This document shows positions 1-10,516 of a stretch of 64,000 nt of DNA, piece by piece. The first letter of the stretch is position 1. Each line of letters begins with the position of its first letter. Made by a program: the position numbers and the translations under genes. The notes under the pieces were generated by a model. It saw nothing but the letters and a program-made list of their open reading frames with translations, ran no database searches and had not been told where the DNA came from. Origin of the DNA: Methanocaldococcus sp. 16A (GTDB lineage: Archaea; AGJL01; Methanococci; Methanococcales; Methanocaldococcaceae); assembly GCA_049860595.1 (NCBI GenBank), contig CP187551.1, one strand, 5' to 3'.

Positions 1-76
1 TTTTTAGATAGGATGGTGTTAAATCAAACAATTCATCATCATAATCTTTTATTTCAGCTTTCATAGTTTCATTCAT
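1..76 (-). CDS. frhD: 5' end (partial) of F420-reducing hydrogenase maturation protease FrhD/FruD
   Basis: Minus-strand ATG at 74-76 reads [25 protein letters not shown] off the window edge. It lies directly downstream of fruA, the usual frhADGB order. Confidence 0.6.
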   Translation of the reverse strand, partial: MNETMKAEIKDYDDELFDLTPSYLK

Positions 77-121
77 TTTTATTTTTTTAAGATTTTAATT
101 TTAAACTCTTTAAGAGAAGAT

Positions 122-155
122 GCCTCTCGGGTCCCTTTCGGGTTCCCCTCGAGGC
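122..155 (-). promoter_or_regulatory. Archaeal SECIS element in the fruA 3' UTR
   Basis: Minus strand GCCTCGAGGGGAACCCGAAAGGGACCCGAGAGGC: GC-rich hairpin with the GAA/A internal motif and CCC-GAAA-GGG apical stem, immediately after the true fruA stop. Confidence 0.9.
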
Positions 156-1385
156 TTATAACTTTCTTACTTCAATGATATCTTTTGTCTCTTCATCTTT
201 AACTATTATATGGGTAGCACATGAAGCTCATATGTCATAAGCTCTCATTATAACTTCAGCATACTGCTGAGGATAGCCCTCAATTGCTTTCTCAACAATT
301 GGGAAGTTCCATGTTGATGCCGCTATAATTCTATAGCTCTTAATTCTTCCATCCTTTCCAACTTCAGCCATGTGTGTGTTTGTAGCTCTTGGAGCTTCAT
401 GAACTCCAATACCAAATCCATCCTTATATTCAACTTCAGCTCTTGTCTTTCCATTTATATCCAATTCATCTAAAATCTCTAAAGCTCTATAAACAGCTCC
501 AAGGTTTTCTTGAGCTCTTGCAATATTGATGTCTAAAGCACTACCTCCTGCTCTAAAGTTACCAAATTTAACCATTCTTGCTCTCGGTCCTCCTTCAGCA
601 GGAACTCCTGCATATAAAGGAATTTGAACTGTTGTTGTCTGTCTTGCCTCTTCATCCTCATAGTATCTTTGAGCAGGTATTTCAGTTACATCATCCCAGT
701 TTATAGCATATCTGTCTCCATAAGTGGTATGTGTAGCTATATATGGATATTCATGAGCCCCTAAGTCAGGTATTCCTACTTCCTCTAAGTATCTTTCAAT
801 TAATTCAGTGTATTTCTCATATAATTCATAAGCGTCTTTCTCATACTGCCTTAAAGCATAATATAGCTTTGATTTAGCTCTCTCTGTTATGTTTGTTCTC
901 ATTCCACCAATTACAATGTTTGGTGGGTGAATTCCCTCTCCTCCCACAATATCCACAACTAATTGTCCTACTTTTCTCATTCTCTGAATTAATTTTATTA
1001 ATTCAATCTTTTTCTCTGCTTCATCTGGCTTTAAGAAATCATCAATTGTTAATAAATGATGCAATGGGTGAGAGTGTAATCTATTTCCAATTCCTACCAA
1101 TTCCCTCAACAATAATCCATCATCTGGAATTTCACACTCAATTGCATTTTCTATAGCTTCACAAGAAGCAATTCCGTGGGTAGTTTGACAGATTCCACAG
1201 ATTCTCATGACAGCAATTGGAGCAAACTCTGCTGGCTTGCCCTTTAACATTGTTTCAAATCCTCTAACTGGGGTTGTGTTTAAGTAGTATGCTTTATTTA
1301 CAATCCCTTCTTCATCAACCTCTAAAATCAATTTAGCATGTCCCTCATGTCTTGTTGTAGGAGCAATTTCTATTCTATTAGTCAC
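156..1385 (-). CDS. fruA: Selenocysteine-containing F420-reducing [NiFeSe] hydrogenase alpha subunit
   Basis: N-terminal RHEGH and RICGICQTTH Ni motif. The in-frame TGA at 228-230 reads through as RAYDI-U-ASCATH (UxxC..H) to TAA at 156-158. GGAGGTGA RBS favours the GTG start at 1385 (ORF track starts at 1400). Confidence 0.93.
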
Positions 1386-1889
1386 AAAATTCACCTCCAA
1401 AGTAATAACGCATTAAAATGACTTATTTACTAAATCAACTATCATTAAGTTGTTTTATATAAGCCTATATAAGCTAATATCTCTTTAAAAATATCAATAT
1501 AGGTATTTAATTTTTTAAATATGTTAAGAATGAGTTTTTTTTATTATTATTAGAACAAAATATCTTGGTTAGGTATTAACATCTAAGATTGTTATGATGC
1601 GTATTTTCAAAGCTAATTTTTAACCACTATTTTCCACATACATTTTTCACCTTTAAATGTGTGATTATATCATTCACACTTTAATGTTGTTAAACTGATG
1701 ATATATTAAGCTTACTAATATGTGCATAAATTACGCACACTTTAGATTCTTCATAATTATTTTTCCAAATATATTTAAATAAGTACAATCATATATTTAT
1801 TAATTTTAATTTATTTTAAAAAACACTAATTATGCAGACAGCAAATAAAAAATAATATTTAAATAAATGTAATGTCAAAATATTTATTC

Positions 1890-1948
1890 GGCAGATGATG
1901 ACGTTTATCCCCGTCTGAGTTGTGATGAGTAGCAAGCCGGCTGATGCC
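1890..1948 (+). ncRNA. C/D box methylation guide sRNA
   Basis: Box C ATGATGA 1895-1901, D' CTGA 1915-1918, C' GTGATGA 1922-1928, D CTGA 1941-1944, 12-13 nt guides, terminal stem GGCA/TGCC. Confidence 0.9.
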
Positions 1949-3356
1949 ACTTAAAACTGTTTAATTATCTATAGATAAAGATAGACATTTATAGGCAAAC
2001 TTCAGAAAAAATTTTTAATATACGATGGGTAATATAGCAATCTAAAAACCGAATGAACGATTACCATGTCAAACGAAGCAAAATCAAAAAACAACCAAGA
2101 ATTGTCCTATCAAATTGTTCTATCTTACAAGATTAGTCATTACTATCCACTTAAAACTTTTTTAACCGAATGCAAAGACAAACTAAACGAATGCATAGAC
2201 ATAATTTGGAATAATATTGAATGGACTAAAAAAGAACGACCAAAACTACCAAAATCAAACGAATTTAAGAGGAATTTAAGAAACAAACTGTTAAAAAATT
2301 GGAATTATGCCTCTCATTATATCGATGGGATTATTAAAACCGCTTATTCTATCCTAAATAGTTGGGCTTCGAACTATAAAAAGGGTTATAGAACGAAATC
2401 AAAACCGATAGTTAAAAGACCATTCGTTAGAGTAAAAACAACACTAATAAAATACAATAAAGATAAAGGAGAAATAAGAATAACAATAAAACCAAGAAAA
2501 GAATATTTAATTTTAAACATTAAAGATGAATGGTTTTTCGATAAAGTTAAGGATTTACCCATAGGAGAAATTATTCTAAAAGAAAATGAGGCATTCTTAA
2601 CCTTCAAAGATGCTCTAAACTATTCAGACAAAGATATAATCGTTGGAGTGGATAGCAACTTAAAGTCGTTGGATTTATATCATCCAACAGAGGGCTGGAT
2701 TAGGATTGACATATCTGAATTGCATAGAATTAAAGAGGTTTATGATAGAAAAATCGATTTTCTTAAAAAGTTGATTAAAAAGTGTCCTTTGAGAGCCATG
2801 AGAAAGATAAAAAGATTATTCGAAAGAAGAAGAAATAGAGTTAATGACTTTTTACATAAACTAACTACTCAACTATCCCGATTATTCTCTAATGTAGTTT
2901 TTGTTTTTGAAGATTTGAATAAAAGAAAAATGTATAAGCATAAAACTTTCAATCGAAAGTTGGATAGGGCAAATTGGAGTGAAATAATACAAAAAATTGG
3001 CTATAAGGCGATAACTATTTTAGTTAATCCTGCCTATACCTCAACAACCTGTCCTATATGCGGGAGTAAAATGGAGTCCCAAGAAGGACAGGTTGTTTTT
3101 TGCTCTAATTGTAAGAACTCTTTTAATCGCCAATTAGTTGGTTGTTTTAATATCTTTAAAAGAGGTTTAGGTAAAGTTAAAGATATTATGGGTGGCTTTG
3201 GGGTTACCACGACAGGGGCAGAGGTTTCCATTTGGAAACTGATGACGCCCAATTCCAACGTGGCATATAAAGTTGATTATAATGGAAAATACCTAATTAA
3301 AATTTTCTGAATGTCTATAATTGCCTATAAATGACCACGTTGAGAGAACCCCACTT
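1947..3356 (+). mobile_element. Non-autonomous tnpB-only element (IS200/IS605- or IS607-derived)
   Basis: tnpB with no tnpA, flanked by CCACTT at 1947-1952 and 3351-3356. Inverted subterminal motifs ATAGACATT, CATTTATAGGCAA and TTCAGAAAA (1981-2009) recur reverse-complemented at 3303-3333. 14-bp palindrome at 1965-1978. Confidence 0.75.
2066..3310 (+). CDS. tnpB: TnpB family RNA-guided protein
   Basis: RuvC-I VGVDSN, RuvC-II VFEDL, NPAYTSTTCPICG..CSNC Zn finger. RuvC-III reads NRQLVGCFNI with no Asp. Confidence 0.9.
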   Translation: MSNEAKSKNNQELSYQIVLSYKISHYYPLKTFLTECKDKLNECIDIIWNNIEWTKKERPKLPKSNEFKRNLRNKLLKNWNYASHYIDGIIKTAYSILNSWASNYKKGYRTKSKPIVKRPFVRVKTTLIKYNKDKGEIRITIKPRKEYLILNIKDEWFFDKVKDLPIGEIILKENEAFLTFKDALNYSDKDIIVGVDSNLKSLDLYHPTEGWIRIDISELHRIKEVYDRKIDFLKKLIKKCPLRAMRKIKRLFERRRNRVNDFLHKLTTQLSRLFSNVVFVFEDLNKRKMYKHKTFNRKLDRANWSEIIQKIGYKAITILVNPAYTSTTCPICGSKMESQEGQVVFCSNCKNSFNRQLVGCFNIFKRGLGKVKDIMGGFGVTTTGAEVSIWKLMTPNSNVAYKVDYNGKYLIKIF

Positions 3357-3372
3357 TTCTTTTTTAGAGAGG
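3190..3372 (+). ncRNA. Putative omegaRNA/reRNA overlapping the tnpB 3' end
   Basis: GC-enriched tail with the GTTTCCA/TGGAAAC hairpin and long-range complementarity between TGGGGTT (~3199) and AACCCCA (3347-3353). Position is typical of TnpB guide RNAs. Boundaries approximate. Confidence 0.55.
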
Positions 3373-3379
3373 GATAATT

Positions 3380-4729
3380 ATGAAAAAGTTTTTTCTATTA
3401 TCAATTTTGATTCTAACAGTATTCTCTGGTTGTATAAACGACAATGAAAATGATTTATATAAAAATGATATATCATCAATAGTTTTGAACATAAATGAGA
3501 ATAAAGATAATTATATTTTAACGATTTATTTTGTTGGCGAAAATTCAAGTTTTATCAAAAAGAAAGGAATTTTAAAAGTTGGTATTTATGATGATAAAAA
3601 TAATCAATTATACTATAAAGAGATATTCATAGATTTGGATGAATTTAAAAATCTATCTTATGGTGATGGAATTTTACTAACAATAGTAAAAAATGAAATT
3701 AATAGAAGTTCATCGGTTATTGGAAGGATATCTATAGATTTCACCTATGATAATGGAAAAACTATATGGATTGATACACCTATATCTTTATCTCATCTAT
3801 CAAATGAAAAAGAAAATATAAATTCGCAAACTTCTACAGATGTTTGTTATATGACATACACATGGGAATATAAAGGAAAAATTCATTATTTAAATTTATA
3901 CATTCCAAAATACCTCTATGATTATTACAAATCCAAAAAAAGAGAGTATATTGAAGATTATTCATATTATATTTTAGACCCCTATGATGATTGGTATTTA
4001 AATAGAATTATCCAAAAAATAGACGAAATTTGCAAGGAAAATAATTACAATGAGAGAGATAGAATAAATTTAGTAATTTCCTTTGTTCAGCAACTACCTT
4101 ATACCTCTGATAAAATTTCAACTGGCTATGATGAGTATCCAAGATATCCAATAGAAACATTAGTGGATTATGGAGGAGATTGTGAAGATACATCAATATT
4201 AACAGCAGCTTTATTAAAACAAATGGGTTATGATGTAGCTTTAATTAGATTTCCAAGGCATATGGGTGTTGGTATATATTTAGATGATGGTTATGGATAT
4301 TATTTTGAATATAATGGGAAAAAATACTTTTATATAGAAACAACAAATACTGGATGGAAAATTGGAGAGCTTCCAGATGAATTAAAAAACGAAAAAGCTG
4401 AAATATATTTAATAACTGAAAAACCTATTTATTTATGGGATTGGAAAGGTTATTTATATAATGGCTATGCTGAGATAACAGTTAATATAAAAAATGCAGG
4501 TAATTTAGAGGGAAGAGTTAAAGTTTATTGTGCATTTGATGCGGGTAATGGATACGTATATAACCCAAAAGAATCTTCCATATTAACAATAAAACCAGGA
4601 GAAGAGAAAGTTGTAAAGTTAAAGCTTAATGTTCCCAATAATAAAAAAACAAGGTTAATAGTTGGGTTATTAGATGCAAACACAGATAAATTGATAGATG
4701 TTAAATACTCTGCTGAATTCAAAACTTAG
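3380..4729 (+). CDS. Transglutaminase-like domain lipoprotein
   Basis: Lipobox VFSGC; GGDCEDTSIL, H and ETT motifs of the transglutaminase-like Cys protease fold; C-terminal Ig-like beta domain. Confidence 0.75.
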   Translation: MKKFFLLSILILTVFSGCINDNENDLYKNDISSIVLNINENKDNYILTIYFVGENSSFIKKKGILKVGIYDDKNNQLYYKEIFIDLDEFKNLSYGDGILLTIVKNEINRSSSVIGRISIDFTYDNGKTIWIDTPISLSHLSNEKENINSQTSTDVCYMTYTWEYKGKIHYLNLYIPKYLYDYYKSKKREYIEDYSYYILDPYDDWYLNRIIQKIDEICKENNYNERDRINLVISFVQQLPYTSDKISTGYDEYPRYPIETLVDYGGDCEDTSILTAALLKQMGYDVALIRFPRHMGVGIYLDDGYGYYFEYNGKKYFYIETTNTGWKIGELPDELKNEKAEIYLITEKPIYLWDWKGYLYNGYAEITVNIKNAGNLEGRVKVYCAFDAGNGYVYNPKESSILTIKPGEEKVVKLKLNVPNNKKTRLIVGLLDANTDKLIDVKYSAEFKT

Positions 4730-5754
4730 TGTTTTTCAAAACATTTTAGAATGAATAAGGAAGTTTGAGAATCACTTATGCTCATAACATGCCTTCTTAA
4801 TTTTTGTTAATTTTGAAAAACACTAATAAAGAGGCTAAAAAATGGATGAAGTAAAAGTAATTGAAATAATCAAAAAAATTCTAAAATTTTCTAATGAATA
4901 TATAGTAAAAGGCATTGATGATGACTGTGCAGTTATAAAACTTAATGACAATTTTTATTTAGTTGCTACAACAGATATGATGGTTAAAAAAGCCCATATT
5001 CCTTCTATATTAACTCCTTACGAAATTGGAGGAAGAATTTTAACTGCAAATGTTTCAGATATTGCATCCATGGGAGCTAAGCCATTGGCATTTCTATTAT
5101 CTATATCTTTATCTAAGGAAGAAGCAAATGAGAAGTTTATTAAAGAGCTTTATTCTGGATTAGATGATTTTTCTAAGCTTTATGACTGTCCAGTAGTTGG
5201 TGGAGATACAAATAGAGGAGATGAATTAATATTATCAGGAACAGCCTTTGGAATAACTGACAATCCAATTTATAGGAAGGGAGAAGTTGGAGATGATATT
5301 TGTGTAACTAATGATTTAGGTAGGGTTTATTGTGCCTTAACTCTATATTATATGCTTAAAGATAACAAAATTAGCCATAATGAGTTTGAAAAACTTTGCC
5401 AAAAATATCCAAAGATTATTGAAAAATTAAGAAAACCTATTGCAAGGGTTAATGAAGGGTTATTAATAAATAAACTCATAAATGGTTGCTGCGACATATC
5501 TGACGGTTTAGGAAAAGAAATTACTTATTTCAAAAATTTTGAGATATACAGTGATAAAATTTTTAAGCTTATTCCAGAAGATGTCATTGAATTTTGTGAA
5601 GAATTCAACCTAAATCCAATAAAAGTTGCTCTAAATAGTGGAGAGGAATTTGAGCTTTTATTTACAACATCTAAATTTAATAAAGTGAAAAATTCACTAA
5701 AAGGCTATTCAAAGATTTATAAAATTGGTAAAATTATAGAAGAAGGGCAGTTTA

Positions 5755-7079
<1,325 letters not shown>

Positions 7080-7111
7080 AGAAAGTTGATGCAATGATAA
7101 TTAACTATATA

Positions 7112-7156
7112 TAACTTATATTTTAACTTATATTTATTATATTTTAACTTATATTT
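7112..7156. repeat. Short tandem repeat (TAACTTATATTT x3, interrupted)
   Basis: Units at 7112-7123, 7124-7135 and 7145-7156. Confidence 0.7.
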
Positions 7157-7175
7157 ATATATAATTAAATGCTCA

Positions 7176-7214
7176 TTAGTTTTTTGGGTTTTTTGGTTTT
7201 CTTGGAGCAACCAT
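7176..7214 (-). CDS. Putative 12-aa basic micro-ORF MVAPRKPKNPKN, or truncated gene remnant
   Basis: Strong GGGGGTGA RBS at 7219-7226 just upstream of the ATG; TAA stop at 7176-7178. Confidence 0.3.
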   Translation of the reverse strand: MVAPRKPKNPKN

Positions 7215-7430
7215 AATTTCACCCCCGTAGGTTCTAATATACAATGAATTCGTGGGGTATATAAAGAAATATTCAAAAAATTCAACGTCCCTTTTTGAAG
7301 TTTATTTTAAAAAGGAGTTTGCATATAAATAATATATAACAAAAGATAAGAACATATAAATAAAGTAATGTATGGAAATTTATAATACTATATTTATTCT
7401 CAATTTGCAGATAATCTCTTTAAAAAGAGT

Positions 7431-7847
7431 GTGAGTAGAATGCCAAAAAAAGTCCATGATAAATTAAAAATAATGGAAGATATCATAACTCTTGGTAAAA
7501 AAGGAGAAGAACTAACGATATATAACATCACAAAGAAACTCAATCAAAATATTAAAAATCTAAAATGGACTGATATGGAAAAGCATTATATCAAAGAACA
7601 AACTATAAGTGATGCAATAAACGAACTAAAAAAATTGAATTGTTTAGAGATTAAGTCCATTGAAAAAACAAAAACAGGGAAAGAAAAAAAGATTTATAAA
7701 CTAACAGAAAATTCTGAAAAGATTTTTGATATTTACAAAAGAAATTATTCAAAAATACATAAAATTTTAAAAATTATGAAGTCTGATAATATTTCTGATG
7801 AAGAATTAGACACTATTATTTTTATATTAAAAAGATTGTTAAGGTGA
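7431..7847 (+). CDS. Winged helix-turn-helix protein (putative regulator)
   Basis: [10 protein letters not shown]...[11 protein letters not shown] helix pair followed by the wing [11 protein letters not shown]. Confidence 0.65.
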   Translation: MSRMPKKVHDKLKIMEDIITLGKKGEELTIYNITKKLNQNIKNLKWTDMEKHYIKEQTISDAINELKKLNCLEIKSIEKTKTGKEKKIYKLTENSEKIFDIYKRNYSKIHKILKIMKSDNISDEELDTIIFILKRLLR

Positions 7848-7851
7848 TGTT

Positions 7852-8874
7852 TTGAGTAATGATGTAATTGTTATTGATGGAAGTTATTTAGAAGGAGGAG
7901 GGCAGATTATAAGAACCTCTATTGCATTGTCAGCTTTAACAAAAAAACCAGTAAAAATTATTAATATAAGGAAAAAAAGAAAAAATAAAGGTTTAGCTCC
8001 TCAACATGTTGCTGCAGTTAAGGCAGTTAAAAAACTTTGTAATGCTGAAGTTTATGGGCTAAATGTTGGTTCAGAAGAATTAACTTTTATACCTTCAAAA
8101 TTAGCTCCAAAAGATTTTACAATTGATATTGGAACCGCTGGAAGTATATCTTTAATTATTCAAACTCTTCTTCCTTTATCATTAGGAATTAACAAAAAAT
8201 TTACAGTTAAAATAAGAGGAGGGACTGACGTTAAGAGAGCACCTCCAATTGATTATATAAAAAATGTAACCTTAAAAATTCTTAGAGATTTTGGAGTATT
8301 GACAGAGTTAAAAGTTTTGAAGAGAGGATTTTATCCAGAAGGAGGGGGAGAGGTTATTTTTGAAGTTAAACCATCAAAAGTTAAAAAATTTGATTTAATA
8401 GAGCATTCTAAAAGTAATTTAGTTGAAGGACTTGCTTATGTGCAAAATTTAGATGAAAATATAGCAAGAAGAATGAGAAAAAAGGCTGTGGATTTGTTAA
8501 ACAAAGAAAAACTTCATCCCAATATAAAAATAGAATGTTCAAAAGGTTTTTCTACTGGAGCAGGGATAGTTTTATGGAACGATACTTTAGGAAGTAGTTG
8601 CTTAGGAGAGAAAGGTCTAAGAGCTGAGATTGTTGCTGAAAGAGCTGTTAATGAGTTATTAAAAGAGAGAGAATGTGGAATGGCTTTAGATAAATATATG
8701 GGAGACCAAATAATTCCATTCTTAGCTTTTGGTAAGGGAATAGTTGGAGTTTCTACCATAACAAATCACACAAAAACGAACATTTGGACTGTTAAACACT
8801 TTGTAGATGTAGATTTTGAGATTAAAGAGTATAAAGAAAATAACTGCAATGGCTTTGTTATAGAGGTGGTTTAA
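7852..8874 (+). CDS. rtcA: RNA 3'-terminal phosphate cyclase
   Basis: [43 protein letters not shown] motifs. Confidence 0.95.
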   Translation: MSNDVIVIDGSYLEGGGQIIRTSIALSALTKKPVKIINIRKKRKNKGLAPQHVAAVKAVKKLCNAEVYGLNVGSEELTFIPSKLAPKDFTIDIGTAGSISLIIQTLLPLSLGINKKFTVKIRGGTDVKRAPPIDYIKNVTLKILRDFGVLTELKVLKRGFYPEGGGEVIFEVKPSKVKKFDLIEHSKSNLVEGLAYVQNLDENIARRMRKKAVDLLNKEKLHPNIKIECSKGFSTGAGIVLWNDTLGSSCLGEKGLRAEIVAERAVNELLKERECGMALDKYMGDQIIPFLAFGKGIVGVSTITNHTKTNIWTVKHFVDVDFEIKEYKENNCNGFVIEVV

Positions 8875-9291
8875 ATGTTTGATTATTTTGAAACTACTGC
8901 TGATTTGGGAGTTATTGCAAAAGGAAAGACCTTAAAAGAAGCTTTTAAAGAAGGAGCTAAAGGACTTTATAATATTATGGTAGATATTGATAAAGTTGAT
9001 AAAAAAGAAAAAATAGAGTTTGAAATAACTGGGGAAGACTTAGAAGAGCTGTTATATAATTTTCTAAATGAATTACTTTTTTATACTGATGTTGAAGGCT
9101 TAGTTTTTAATGACTTTGATATAAAAATTGAAAAAAATGATAAATATAGATTAAAATGCACTGCTTATGGAGAAAAGATAAATAAAGAAAAACACAATAT
9201 AAAAGAAGAAGTTAAAGCAGTAACCTACCACAAAATGGAAATTAAACAGGAAGATGATGGATGGAACATTAGATTTATAGTAGATTTATAA
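8875..9291 (+). CDS. Archease
   Basis: FETTADLG N-terminus, EVKAVTYH motif, FIVDL C-terminus. Confidence 0.93.
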   Translation: MFDYFETTADLGVIAKGKTLKEAFKEGAKGLYNIMVDIDKVDKKEKIEFEITGEDLEELLYNFLNELLFYTDVEGLVFNDFDIKIEKNDKYRLKCTAYGEKINKEKHNIKEEVKAVTYHKMEIKQEDDGWNIRFIVDL

Positions 9292-9312
9292 ATTAAAATA
9301 AAAAAATATTAA

Positions 9313-10389
9313 CTATTTAAATTCTCCTAAGATATTTCCTTTCATATCTATAATTATACAACTAAATTTAATTCCTTCCCATCTTTCACTTAACCTTTCG
9401 ACAACTCTTTTAGCAATAGTATTAAAAACTTCTTTTAAAACATCTTTTTCATTTAAAATTTTAATAACTTCCTCTGTTGTATTTGCATATAAAATTTTTT
9501 TTATTGCCTCTTTGTCATCAATAAATAGGGATGAATAAGCAGCTAATATCTCATTTCTACAATCAGCTACCTTTGAATGAGTATTATATATCCCTCCAGC
9601 CAACTTAATTATTTTTCCAGCATGTCCAAAAATTAAAATCTCTTCAACTCCTTTCTCTTTAGCTTTATCAAGCATAAATCCCCAAAAGTTTGAAACTTCA
9701 ATAATCTCATCATCATTAGCATTTAAAAGTAGTTTGGCATATTTAGTTCCAATATTTCCAGGAACAAAAATTAACCTCTTATAACCATTAGCTAAAGCAA
9801 CATCTATTTGTGGTGCTAAAGAATTCATATATGCTTCATTTGACATTGGTCTAACAATTCCAGTTGTTCCCAATATGGATAAACCACCAACTATTCCTAG
9901 TTTTGGATTTAGTGTTTTTTTCGCCAACTCTTTACCTTTTGGTATTGAAATGGTAACTTCTACAACTTCATCATCACTTAACAATTTTAAAAGGTTGTTT
10001 CTAATCATCTCTCTTGGTTTTGGATTTATAGCAGGCTCTCCTTTTTTTATTTGCAAACCATCTTTTGTAACTATTCCAACGCCCTCTCCACCTTTGATAA
10101 TAACATCCTTTTTTCCTTTTTTTAACTCCACTTCAGTAATAATTTCAATTCCGTTTGTTATATCTATATCCTTTCCAGCATCTTTAATAACTACTGCCTT
10201 AGCTTTATTTTCACATTTTTCAATTTTTTCTATTGGAATAATTAATTTATCACCATTTAAATTCTCAATCTCAACATAACTAAGTTTTTTTCCAAATTTT
10301 AAATAGTATAATGCAGAATAGGCCCCAGCAGCAGCACAAGAGCCAGTAGTGTATCCAAATTTTGATTTTCTCCTAAAATCATAAATCAT
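9313..10389 (-). CDS. cbiD: Cobalt-precorrin-5B C1-methyltransferase
   Basis: GYTTGSCAAA, KDAGKDIDITNG, GGLSILGTTGIVRPMS, KLAGGIYNTHS. Confidence 0.95.
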   Translation of the reverse strand: MIYDFRRKSKFGYTTGSCAAAGAYSALYYLKFGKKLSYVEIENLNGDKLIIPIEKIEKCENKAKAVVIKDAGKDIDITNGIEIITEVELKKGKKDVIIKGGEGVGIVTKDGLQIKKGEPAINPKPREMIRNNLLKLLSDDEVVEVTISIPKGKELAKKTLNPKLGIVGGLSILGTTGIVRPMSNEAYMNSLAPQIDVALANGYKRLIFVPGNIGTKYAKLLLNANDDEIIEVSNFWGFMLDKAKEKGVEEILIFGHAGKIIKLAGGIYNTHSKVADCRNEILAAYSSLFIDDKEAIKKILYANTTEEVIKILNEKDVLKEVFNTIAKRVVERLSERWEGIKFSCIIIDMKGNILGEFK

Positions 10390-10419
10390 AATCTCCCATT
10401 ATCTTTTTTAGTTATTTAG

Positions 10420-10514
10420 AATAGGACTTTCGCAGGAATAAATTTTTATTGAATATGAACACCTTTAAGGTGTCTAAAGTCCAAATTAGTATATAAAACT
10501 GCGAAAGTCCTATT
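10420..10514. mobile_element. Palindromic MITE-like repeat (MJRE-type), copy 1
   Basis: Perfect 16-bp terminal inverted repeats AATAGGACTTTCGCAG/CTGCGAAAGTCCTATT with inner ACACCT-TTA-AGGTGT hairpin; related copies at 20447 and 54533. Confidence 0.85.
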
Positions 10515-10516
10515 AA

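Noticed and set aside
228-230. Premature stop suggesting fruA is a pseudogene
   Set aside because: It is a selenocysteine codon supported by motif position and the SECIS.
3224-3239. GTTTCCAT...GGAAAC in the tnpB tail resembling the CRISPR repeat end (tracrRNA-like link)
   Set aside because: Only 7-8 nt of identity, explained as a self-contained hairpin; no array adjacent to tnpB, so no support for a Cas12f-type locus.
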